20,000 bases of DNA from Folioceros fuciformis (lineage: Eukaryota): contig JBNGIO010005882.1 of assembly GCA_049999805.1 (NCBI GenBank), positions 182,482 through 202,481 on the forward strand, in the 5' to 3' direction. Positions 1 to 11,108 of the stretch are shown in pieces (within the stretch, counting starts at the first letter, position 1; each line of letters opens with the position of its first letter). Under the pieces are notes generated by a model. That model saw only the letters and a program-made list of their open reading frames with translations. It did no database searches and was not told the DNA's origin. The position numbers and the translations under genes are program-made.

Positions 1-589
1 GCATCACTGCCAGAAACCTCCATGGAGCTGCTTTGATGGAGATGCGAATTACATGGATTGTGGCCAAGGGAAAGGAGTGGACGGAGAGAGTAGCAAAGGA
101 GAAAGAGACGGAAGCTGCAGCACCAAGCAGCGTCCACCGCGGGACTGAAGAGTGTTAGCAAGAAGCCCAAGCGGCTCCCTCCTAGCAAACGGCAGTCTCA
201 CCGAACGATGAACCGAATGCCCCCTTCGGTTCGGATAGAGAGGCGTCGACTGGCGACCAAATTCAAAATGTCTAACTTTGGCAGGTAGGTACTGTATGTA
301 TGTAACTACGTATGTAGCTGGGTCGGCCCTTTTTCAAATATTAACCGGGCGGAGGGGAACGTTGCCGACATGTGCATATAGATCTTATGGAGGTATGCAG
401 ACTAAGCTATGTCTTCTTAGAAAAACCATCTCCCTTAGAGAGGAGGTAGACCATGGAGATACTAGGGACTAGTCCTTGAAGCCTAATGACTACCAACAGC
501 AGTTAAAATATCATGGTATACGAGGAGAAAGAGTTTACTTGCCATTGGAGTTGTTAATGCCATCTCTCGTCTCAACACTGTCATGTTGT

Positions 590-812
590 AAATGGCATTG
601 GCCAACACTCACTACATAGCAATGGAAACCCTATGCCCACAAAACGCTACCCTATGCCCACAAAACGCTACCCTATGCCCACAAAACGCTACAATATACG
701 AAAGAGGACCAGCACATCTTGTAAATGAAATGGCATTGGCCAACACTCACTATAGAGCAATGGAAACCCTATGCCCACAAAACGCTACAATATACAAAAG
801 AGGACCAGCACA
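590..812. repeat. Compound tandem repeat: two ~85-bp copies, the first expanded by a 21-bp unit x3
   Basis: AAATGGCATTGGCCAACACTCACTA...AAAGAGGACCAGCACA occurs at ~590-716 and ~728-812. CCCTATGCCCACAAAACGCTA occurs at 629-649, 650-670 and 671-691. Confidence 0.95.
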
Positions 813-887
813 CTGGATTCTTCGAAAGTACTATAGCCAACTGATTATCACACCGTAAAGGTGTTGGACTAGGTTGTAACTGTTCCA

Positions 888-3690
888 ATGGTGCGGAGGA
901 AGCCCATCAATCAAACGCTTATGAAGAGGCGGCCCGTCACTAGAGAAAACACCCGTTGTCGAACCAGTGTCCCATTAAGGAAGAGAGATGCAGCAGTCAT
1001 AGCTGGCTACTTCATGAAGTTATGTTGCAATCAAATGTGCATTCGACGTTTATCAAAAGAGACGTTCCAAGAACAACGGTATAGATTTTTACAGATGGGG
1101 AGACAAGAACAAGAAACATTATTGGAGTCACTGGTTCAAGTGGAGACATCTGGAAGATCAAAAAAGAAGGTTGTAACATACTTGAAGGGTGAGAGATCGG
1201 TGAGGTATTGTTTGAAGTCATTTCGGCGGGTGTATTGTATTGGCTTCAAACGATACGATGAGCTTTGTGCCAGGGTGCTAGCAGCTGCTCCCTGGGACAG
1301 CATGCAAGGGAACCCACCTATCTCATCTTCAGCGAGCAGCAATGCATTAGCGTGGATGGATACCACCTTCCTCAACATGGCTGAGCGCCTTCCGAATGTG
1401 GAGGTTTACAACTTGCCGGACATCTACACCAAGCTTGAGATTTCGAACCAATATGAGCAAAAGTGTGAGAGGTCCATGTGTGCCTTCATTTCGTACCAAT
1501 GGTTCTTATACATTTGGAAGCAGCACTTTAGCAAGGTAAAGATACCAAAGCCCAATCGCTTCTCCACTTGCTCCGTTTGTGCTGGATTGAAAGCCACGAT
1601 GAAGAATACATCAACTAAAGCAGAACAACGTATGTACTGTCATTTGCTGACTAAACCATAGGTCATTTCCTCATACCAATGGACACCGCACAGTATGGTC
1701 AGCGTGCGTACGTTTACACTAGAACTTTAGTGTTTGTCGATGACCTAGACATAGTTGGATTGCCTTCACCTTATATGCCTGTGTTTGTACTGCCGATGGG
1801 CTGGGAGCTGCCCCCATCAGGCCGGTGTATGATCAAGCACGCGGTGTCTATTTAGCTGTCTATATACATGAAGGGCCCCAACTTGCCAGAGCCCTACCTA
1901 TGTGTAGGCTTTCGTGCTTATAGTAGGGTCTTTTGATCAACCCATTCTGTGGGAATTATAGGTGGGTTTTGTGATCACACTTGGCCCGTCCCAGAATCCC
2001 CGAAAGTAGGGTTTAACTGTCGTGAAGCACTGCTCAACTGCCCCTGCCGTTAGATTGGTCCTTGACTAAATGAATGTCATCGATCAGTCAGACCCAACTC
2101 ACCTGATATTCGGTGTCGTGCATGCAGAGAAGTACCAGACTGCTCTTGACGCCCACTGACATCAGTTATGCGCAGAGCGTGAAAAGATGTCCATGCATCA
2201 AATCAAAAGCTATGTGTACCCGCGGAAGTACCTGATGATGGCAATCCATGGGATAGATCAAAAGAAGATGGAGATTCCACACTTCTTACGATGGTACAAT
2301 AACCTACATGAGGAAAGCCGCGTGGCAGTGCATGTAGTAGGGTGTATGGTGCACAACGACGTGTATAGTGCGAAGGCATACCAACATCTGGCAAACTTGT
2401 GGAATGATGCAAACTTGACTATATCAATCATCCTTGATGCTATTCACACATATGCAAGCGTATTGCTAAAGGTTCTATACTTACAACTGGACAACACATG
2501 TAGAGAGAATAAGAACCAACTGCTCTTCGCATACCAGAAAATACTCGTGGATATGAGAACGTTTGAAAAAGTCAAAGTTGGTTTTTTGCTTCTGGGCCAC
2601 ATGCATGACCAAATAGACCAAATGTTTTGCAAAACGCTTACACAACTACTCCACAGGTGAAGATCCTCACACAAGTCCTAGATTTCAGATCCTTCGTGTG
2701 GCCAGTTCAAAGGGGAGCGGGATGCAGTGCCCGCAGAACGACACGATGTTTGAATAATCTCTTGTTCCAACATCAATTCAAAATAACCCGCAAGTAGAGA
2801 GATGACCAGGGGCTCGTCAGAGTGATGCGAAGTAAGCAGTATTCGACGTCTCCCACTTGGGACACAGTAGAAGGCCTAGAGTTTTTGAAATTTGTCCTAA
2901 CGGCCACTATCTCTTCTGCACCACCCCTCTCTCTACGAGCAAGGGACAAGAAAGGAAGTGATACTAATATGCAACCAGTAGCCGGGGTTACCCACTTGAA
3001 GGATGGCCTTGCCGAGTTGCTTGCCTATATCTTGTTGGAGGATGGATTGTGGTGGGATGAGTTCTGAGAAACCCAAAATGCAATAGCAGAAATGGTAGAG
3101 ATCGAAATAGAGCTCCCTCTACAGGTTGCGTGGAAATGGTTTTAGAGGGATGCAGCCCAGGAGAGTGTTGAACCATTGCAAGTCCCTGATGAAACGTTTC
3201 TTCACGAGGCAGTGCTGAGGGAGCTCCCACAGAGGGACACGTACATAGGCAACTATCGGTAGCCCATACAACAACAACAGCAGATGGATCGCGTGAACGG
3301 TGATGTGTCTGAGATAAGGGAGGGAATGTTCATTGCAACCCCATGCTACACAGATACACACAATTGGCCTTTCTAGATAAGAAAAGTGGAGGAAGTGCAA
3401 ATGGAAGGTGCCCAGCCAAGCTTGCTCATCAATTGGTACCAAATTGAACATACAAATGCATATGAAGGGACGTATGTAGAAGAATTCATTATCAAAAGCA
3501 ATAGGCGACAGGACGGCGGTAGGGCAACCTAGCAAGGGCGGAAGGACAAACACCCCAAAAATGTTCAAGAGTTGTTTTTGGATGAGACTGTTATCCTCTA
3601 TTACGGTTTCAACCTCACGAAAAGAAAGCACCTTTATGCCACTAATAAAAAGGGGATTTGAGACAAACTCCATCAGTTGCGTGGGATAAT
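888..3690 (+). pseudogene. Sola-like (DUF7869-type) DDD transposase pseudogene, intron-containing
   Basis: N-terminal Cys motifs CCNQMC, YCLKSF..VYCIG..R and KIPKPNRFSTCSVC. Catalytic-core motifs I(H)GIDQKK..IP, LYLQLDNTCRENKN and FLLLGHMHDQIDQMF. Frameshifted downstream remnants (VLDFRSF, HQFKI, KQYSTSPTW, LYYGFNLTK). Premature stops are present. The 3' limit is approximate. Confidence 0.7.
1630..2127 (+). other. Predicted phase-1 spliceosomal intron in the transposase gene
   Basis: Donor C|GTATGT at 1630 and acceptor TGCAG| at 2127. Removal joins ORF 888 in frame with ORF 2187: KAEQQKYQTALDAH*HQLCAEREKM. Confidence 0.75.
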
Positions 3691-4358
3691 AAAACTCCCA
3701 AGTGACTCTCAAACAGTAGGCAGTGACGACAAGTCACAGTAGATGGTTGTTGGCATAGGCCTCTGTCTGCCTGTATGTAGGTTGCCTAAAAGCAAGCAGT
3801 TGTGAAACAATGTGCCAAGCCATTTTGGAATGAACCATTGGCATGCACCTTCACCTTGGGACGACGAGTGTCCCTGACAATAAGAAGTTGGCATTGCCAT
3901 CTGTCAAGGAGTGAGGGTTGGAATTCACTAAACTTATTAGCGTTCATAAGATAGATGACAATAGATAGCCACAATGTTATGAGTGCAGTGAAACAAGGGA
4001 TGTAATCCATTACCGTTTGTATTGTAGTCATGGCTACAATGACAAAATTTTGTCCGCATTATGTACAGTTGTGTACGGACTTTCGATAGCAGAGGGTTGT
4101 AGCACATGATCCTAACATTGCCCACATCTAAATATGTAGACTTGCCTTCATCATGCAAGTCGGGTGTTGGAAGGCGCCGGCCGACGTGAAACTTCCACGT
4201 ACAAGATGGATGTCTATATTTCAAGCTGGGAAGATCATGGGTCCATACGAAAAAGTGGTCTAGCGAATGAGAACAGGGAGCATGTGTCCCCTCTGTCAGA
4301 CCTAGACTTTGGTTGTCCAACGAGGATTCGCTTAATATCATTTAATATCGCTTAATAT

Positions 4359-5549
4359 GATTTTCCGGATGAGGCATTTTCAGCAGACCTAGTGGGGAGG
4401 GAGAGGGCCAAACCAAATGCTAGGCTACCAAGAGGTGAAGGTGCAGCGCCGAATGAGAAGGGAAGAGGGGGATTCCGTAAACCCTCTTACCAAGAGGTAT
4501 CTGATTTTTTAGGCACGGGGAAGTTCTCGGTTGATCTCTCACGGCCGCAGTAGCGGCTGTTCCTTTACTTCACAAGACTAGTTGTTAAGCACAAGGGCAG
4601 GCTATATCGCACAAGAGCTGATGGGATGGAACGTTTGTGGGTCAACCTTGGCCAAGTGGAGCAAGTTATCAGCTCCTTGCATGAGGGAGAGGTTGGAGGC
4701 CATTATGCAGCCCATGTGACCTGTAGAAAAATTCTGGCAGCAGGGTGTTGGTGGCCAACAATGCATGCTAATGCTGGAGAGTTCATCAGGAGGTGTGATG
4801 CGTGCCAAAGGGTGGGGAAGCCTACCATGACCACACAATGGCCACTGGTCTCCATCCTAGCCCTAGCACCATTTGAGAAGTCGGGGATTGATTTTGTATG
4901 ACCAATTCAGCCCAACTCCAAGGGAAGGCAAAACCAATACATCTTGGTAGCAATCGACTACTGCACACGCATGGTAGAGGCTCAAGCTTTGCCTGTGGAC
5001 ATAGCCAATGTGGTGGCCAGATTTTTGTTTAAGCAGATCATCACAAGGTATGGGTGTCCGTTGGAGCTGGTGAGTGATAGGGGGACTCACTTCATCAATG
5101 AAGTGGTCGAGCACATGACTGAATATTTCAATATCAGTCATAGGAAGACCACCCCCTACAATCCTAAGGCCAATGGGCTCACGGAGAAGGCTAATGGGCT
5201 GTTGTGCAAGATTCTCAGCAAGCTAACCATCACATATGCTCATGACTGGGATAGGAAGCTTCATTCAGCCTTGTGGGTGTATAAGACTGCGGAGAAGGTT
5301 ACCACCTGGAAGACCCCTTATTACCTCACCTATGGACGCTCACCAATTACGCCCATTGAATTTGAGGTACTCACCTTGAGAATGCAAGAGAGCAATCGAT
5401 TGCTCGTGGAGGAGAGTCAGCTAGAGAGGCTGACCAGTTTTGTGCAGCATGATGAAGATAAAGAACGGGCCTTGGCTGTTTTCCTTGATGTCCAGGAGAG
5501 GAGGAAGAAATGGCATGACTCGAAGTTGCGTAAACAAGAGTATGTTGTG
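4359..5549 (+). mobile_element. Ty3/gypsy (non-chromovirus type) pol fragment: post-RNase H linker, H2C2 zinc finger and integrase core
   Basis: One frame runs from DFPDE (4359) through LHEG..GGHY...WWPTMH...CDACQR, GIDFV*P, VAIDYCT, LVSDRGTHF, TPYNPKANGLTEKAN and DWDRKL..ALWVY. Stops at 4551 and 4899. Truncated at both ends. Confidence 0.92.
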
Positions 5550-5734
5550 CCTAGGGTTTATTTAGGTAGTTAGTAGTTATATTAGTTGTAACCGCTTACG
5601 GTTGCAACTACTTACGGTTGCAAAAACTTATGGTTGCAACCGCCCAATCACCTAGCCTATTTAAAGGCTTGTACTTTACTCATTAATTGATTCCGTTGTT
5701 TTCCTTCTTATCTGAGAGCTATTGATTCTCATCA
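5550..5734 (+). repeat. 5' LTR of copia A, missing its first ~66 bp
   Basis: Aligns to 13080-13273 with 9 substitutions and one 9-bp indel by manual count. Ends TCATCA immediately before the PBS. Confidence 0.95.
5585..5665 (+). promoter_or_regulatory. LTR U3 repeats and TATA-like box
   Basis: CTTAYGGTTGCAA with a 16-bp period x3 (5595-5640), CCAAT at 5644 and TATTTAAA at 5658-5665. The repeats and TATTTAAA recur in the 3' LTR. Confidence 0.6.
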
Positions 5735-5746
5735 TGGTATCATAGC
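5735..5746 (+). other. Primer binding site (tRNA-iMet) of copia A
   Basis: TGGTATCATAGC, one mismatch from the canonical TGGTATCAGAGC, directly after the LTR-terminal CA. Confidence 0.92.
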
Positions 5747-5922
5747 ATCTTTGCTCTCTTGCGTATTCTTATGTTTCTTATATATGAGGAGATTGTTTAC
5801 AAGGCACTCTTAAATCTAGCATTTGTCAAAATGGAGTGCTATTGTCCTATATTCTCTATTTCACCAATCCTTTATCTCTTCCTTTAACATGCTTATATGT
5901 TCTAATCTTCTACAATTTCTCC

Positions 5923-6462
5923 ATGGACTTCAATTCTATTAGAAGGAGAAAACAGAAGGTTAAAACGAAAGAGAATCTCATTAAGCAACAAGCTATTGAG
6001 AGTGAAATAGAAGAAATCTCTTCATCTATAGCAAATTTCATTGTATCAATTTTATTTCCATAACCAAATCAAGGGAAGCTTATCAAGTTATCAAGATGTA
6101 ATTTGCTTGAATACTTCAGACCTGTCCATATTAAAGCTTTGGAATTAGCTCTTAATCATATTCCAAATTTAATAAATGGATTGATTTCTTCCTGTACTTC
6201 TATTTTGTTAAATAAAAATAGAATTCAAATTCCATCTCTTCATGATTTTTATGATCAATTTTCATCTCTCAAAATTCAGGTCTCTAATCTACAAACTGAA
6301 TTATTTGATTTGAAAACAAAATTTTCTTTGATTAATACTAATCAAGAATTAGAGAGTAGGCCATCATCTCCTGAAAACAGCCTAATGGAGGAATTCTATA
6401 TGTGCAACAAAATTGAACATAAGCCTTACCGCAAGAGCTTTGTCCTTTGAGGACGATTAGCT
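5923..6462 (+). pseudogene. Extra ORF or N-terminal Gag extension of copia A (~180 codons, basic N-terminus and coiled-coil-like segment)
   Basis: ATG at 5923 (CCATGG). ORFs 5836, 6103 and 6463 share one frame, broken only by TAA 6061-6063 and TGA 6448-6450. Confidence 0.6.
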
Positions 6463-9400
6463 ATGGCCGGAGTGATTGAAGAAGAATTTGAAGCTACCCC
6501 AAACTCACCTTTGGGTAATGATAATGTTCATCCTCCTACACATTATCATTTTGGTGATGGTTTCAAAGAGAAAGGTAGATTCAACGGGAAAGATTATGAT
6601 ATTTGGGCATTACGTATGCGAGGAGCATTGAGACAAAGAGCATTATGGGGCATTATTGATGGATCCATAACAAGACCAAGGTCTGATGATGAATGTGAAC
6701 TTCAGATTTCCTGGGATACCAGGGATGAGAAGACACAAGATTTGTTAATAAGTGGACTCTCTCAACAAATGGTCAGGTATGTTGCACATGCAAAAACATC
6801 TCATGAAATGTGGCCTCACCTTGCTCAATTATATTCATCACAAGATGTAATGAGCATTGTGGCAGCTTCTCGTAACTTCCATAATTTATCCATGAAGGAA
6901 TCCGACACTATTGAACATCATATTAATGCTTTTAGACAAGCATGCTCCCAAGTTGAATCTGCAACTGGTGTACCTATATCTGAGATGGATGCTTATGTAA
7001 CCCTTCTATCTTCATTGCCTCCCTCCTATCGTCCATTCATCACTACTCAAAACGCAGTTATTCGTAATTCACGGAGAACTGCAGATGATGGGACAAAGGG
7101 TTTTGACATTTTCTGAATTGATCGGAGCACTTCTACAGGAGGAGGCAAGTGGGCGCCATTCTCACTCCAGGCCTAATAAACAACAAGTAATGTACTTGCA
7201 GAGAGGCAGAGGAAGAGGACGAGGCAGAGGCCGAGGTTTTTCTTCCCAACGTCCTCCATATTCTTCGCCGAGTACCAACATTGGAGAGAGTTCTTCATCC
7301 ACACCTTCAAAGGGTAAAAAGAAGAGCGGCATTATATGCAATTGGTGCAGGATTCCTAATCATACAGAAAAGGATTGTCGCAAAAAGAAGAATGGTGAAC
7401 CTCGCAAGGAGGCTTCACAAGGAATTAATGTAGCTTCCAAAAAGCAATCTTCATCAACTCCAACAGTGCTCACTGTATGTTTGGCATCACCCAAACCTGC
7501 TAATACCTCATGGTATTTAGACAGTTGAGCAACATCACATATATTTTACAACAAAAGTTATTTTCAGTCATACTCCCCAACCACAAGACATCAATCTGTC
7601 CTCTTGGGAGATGATCACAACCTACCTATTGAAGGCACTGGTTCTGTTGTACTAACATGTGATTCAAGACAAGTCCTCCACCTCTACCAAGTTCTCCATG
7701 TTTCATCAATGTGCAAGAATTTATTATCAGTTGCAAGTATTTGTCAAACCCATTCCATGCAGGTGACCCTTTTTACAAATAGTTGCTTTCTCTCTCATGT
7801 AGGTGATAGCAATCATATCATTTGTAGTGGTACTTTAGAAGATGGCCTTTATAAATTGTCTGTTCTAGTAGGAGGTCAACAATCTGCTCATGTCGCCAGT
7901 TCTTCGCCTCGAAGTCCCTCTCCCACAATGTTATGGCATTGTTGTCTTGGTCATCCAAATAGTCAAAAATTAGTACAAATGTCTAAGGCAGGAAATTTAT
8001 ATCGCACACCCTGCCTCTCTCATATTCAACACCTCTCATGGTGTGAGACTTGTGTCATTACCAAAAGACATCAAGCCCCCTTTAATTACATCTCCCCACA
8101 GAGGGCGAAATGTCCTCTAGGGCTTGTTCATACTGATATTTGCGGCCCTATCTCTACACCTTCTTTCAGTGGTAGTAGATATTTTATGACCTTCATTGAC
8201 GACTACTCTTGGTTTACCCTTACCTATATCTTGAGTCATAAAGGAGATGTTTATTGTTACTTCCAAGACTATATGGTATGGGCTGAGAGGTTAACCGAAA
8301 AGAAACTCAAAACCTTACGTTCTGATAATGGTGGCGAGTTCACTTCCAATCAATTTACGGATTTTTGTCGCCTTCGCGGTATTGCTCAACAACTTACTGT
8401 TGTTTATACTCCGCAACAAAATGGCGTAGCTAAAAATAAGAATCTATGTCTTCAAGAGATTACTGGCTGCCTGTTAAACCAAGCAAATTTACCTAAGGTA
8501 TACTAGGCTGAAGCACTCCTCACAGCCACATATCTCATGAATCGACTGCCCACTTCAGCAGTCCAAGATATGACACCTTATGAAGCCTTTATAGGCAGAA
8601 AGCCCTCCATAGAACACCTCCGCATTTTTGGATCTCCGGCATATTTATTTGTCCCCAAGGCATTAAGAAGGAAGTTCGACCCAAAGGCCGTAAAATATAC
8701 CTTTATTGGTTATTCGGAAGGAATCAAGGGTTATAAATTGTTTGATCCTTCTACTAAGAGGCTTCTCTATGCTCGCAGCGTCACTTTTCGTGAACATTCC
8801 CTATTTTCATCTTCAGTGGGAGATGTTTTGCCTCCTTACCTTTCATCTAAAGATATAAAATCTAAATGTTCTTCCTTTGATGCTAGTGACTATATTGTGG
8901 ATTTTCCTGATCCTGCTCTCTGACTTCCCTTCGATGGACCTGTCATGTAGGAGGAGGAATTAGGACCTAAACTGCGTCCTGACACACCCACAACCGACAC
9001 CGACACACCGGAGGAGGAGGAGCAATTTTCACATTCATCTGATCCCCTTGAGGCCATTTCGGAAAATGCAGTACCTTTTGTTTAACAAGACTGATCAGTT
9101 GGAAGCTGATGATGTTGAAGAAATGGACCCTATAGAACATGAAGATGAACCAGTTTCTGTGGAAGATACACCTGCACCAAGGTACAACCTTAGATCACGT
9201 CCACTCATCTCCGGCCCTGCTAGTTGGAAAGAACCTCCTTTGGGATATCTTGCTATTTTTCTTGATTCTAAATCTCCTGAGTCTCTTTATAATCAAGCTG
9301 TGTATGCAGCCACTATAGACTTAGAGGAGCCCCTTACCCTAAAACAAGCCTTCTCCTCTCCCTCCAAACATCTATGGAAGGCAGCCGTAGACTCATAGTA

Positions 9401-10904
9401 TAATTCCCTTATTAGTAATTCTACATGGAAATTAGTTGAACCTCCTAAGGGTAGAAAAATAGTAACTAGCAAATGGGTATTCAAGATAAAGTGAAAAGGA
9501 GATGGATCGGTGGAAAGGTATAAAGCACGTCTAGTTGCTAGAGGTTTTACTCAAGTCCCTGGACTAGACTACATACCTTGGGCCACTTATGCTCCTGTAG
9601 CTAAGTTTGCTACTCTTCGTATGATCTTCGCTATATGCGCCCAGTATGATCTTGAACTTCATATGATGGATGTGAAAACAGCATATTTGTATGGGCGCTT
9701 GAAAGAAGAAATATATATGAAGCAACCTGAGGGTTATGAGGTAAAAGGCAAGGAGCATTTAGTATGTAAACTTATCAAGGGTATATATGGACTCAAGCAA
9801 TCCGGCAAAAATTGGAACTTGACTATCCATGTACAACTCTTGAACAAGGGATTTAAGCAAAGTAAAGGTGATGCTTGCTTATATAGTTACCTTAAGGGAA
9901 ATAATATATTTTACCTTTTACTATACGTCGATGACATTTTTATGGCAACAAACTCTCTCATTCTCCTGGCTGAGATAAAAGCATGGCTTCAGACATTATA
10001 TGAGATGACCGACCTAGGAGAAATGAATTATGCACTTGGAGTAAATATTATCCGTGACAGGAGTAATAAAAAGTTGAGCATAGTTCAAACCAAATACATA
10101 AAGGAGAGTTTAGCAAAGTTTGGAATGGAAGATGCAAAGCCTGCACCTACACCCTTTGCTAGTGGCATCAGGCTTTCCTCCGATATGAGTCCTGAGAGTG
10201 CTCAAGAGAAAATGGAAATGGCATCTGTCCCATATCGACATGCTATTGGCACTCTTATATATTTATGCAATTTCACTAGACCTGATCTTTCTTTTGAAGT
10301 CAGCTCCTGCTCACAGTTTTTGGAGAACCCTGGACACCAACATTGGATGTCAGTTAAGCATATTTTTTGATACCTTAAAGGGACTATGCATACAGGGCTG
10401 ACATTTAAGCATACACCAGCAATCAAAACATTAACACTCACGGCATATGCCGATGCTGATTATGCTGGTGATCCTGATACTCGAAAATCCGTATCAGGTT
10501 ATGTTTTACTTCTTGGAGGAGCCCCAATATCATGGTCGAGTAAGAAATAGCCTACCATTGTCTTATCTGGTACTGAATCTGAATATAGAGTACTAACATC
10601 TGTTTCCAATGATATAGTATGGTCTAGGCTAGTTTTGAGTGAACTCAATCACCCTCAACATAACCCAATATCTCTTTTTAGTGATAGTCAAGGCGCCATA
10701 GCACTTGCTAGAAACCCTGTTTTTCATTCCACAACCAAACATATAGCTGTTGAGTATCACTATATCATAGAGAAATTGGAAGATAAGACCATAGATATCA
10801 GTTATATACCAACCCAAAACAACCCAGCTGATCTATTAACTAAATCATTAGGGAGAGATTTGCATTTAAAACACATGAAAATGTTAGGCATTCAAGAGGT
10901 TTAA
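6463..10904 (+). pseudogene. Copia A gag-pol polyprotein, disrupted
   Basis: Gag (FNGKDYDIW, LLSSLPPSY), zinc knuckle CNWCRIPNHTEKDC, protease WYLDS*ATSH, pre-integrase LWHCCLGH, integrase VHTDICGP/LRSDNGGEF/TPQQNGVA, RT YKARLVARGF/MDVKTAYL/LYVDD and RNase H YADADYA/SDSQGAI/TKHIAVEYH/ADLLTK. Several stops and frameshifts. Confidence 0.96.
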
Positions 10905-11108
10905 GTCAGCTAGCTAGCATGTGTAATTGTATTTGCTACAGTCCACACATCTTATCTAGCATACATAGTTCCTCTCCTAACTCTATGTAGTCTTCACTAT
11001 ACTCCTTATCCTCTCTCTCTAATGCCCAGAAGGATCCTACAATACACTCCATGGGTTATAAAGTGAAAATGATGAAAAGATAGTACTTAAGTTGTTAGGT
11101 TACTTACT

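Noticed and set aside
251-258. TGGCGACC as a gypsy PBS
   Set aside because: Not preceded by a clear LTR end and no gag follows.
629-691. CRISPR-like direct repeats
   Set aside because: The units are directly adjacent with no spacers, there are no cas genes, and the context is eukaryotic.
592-858. 88-aa ORF with LCPQNAT repeats
   Set aside because: It is a by-product of 21-bp tandem DNA repeats, with no independent coding evidence.
3119-3712. 197-aa minus-strand ORF
   Set aside because: No recognisable motifs; it lies antisense to probable transposase C-terminal remnants.
5543-5549. TGTTGTG as the start of the 5' LTR
   Set aside because: It does not match the 3' LTR, whose PPT-defined start TGATGA pairs with the terminal TCATCA, and it yields no TSD.
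7080-7120. Programmed gag frameshift
   Set aside because: It falls inside Gag before the zinc knuckle, and the related copia C reads through this region in one frame, so it is most likely a decay indel.
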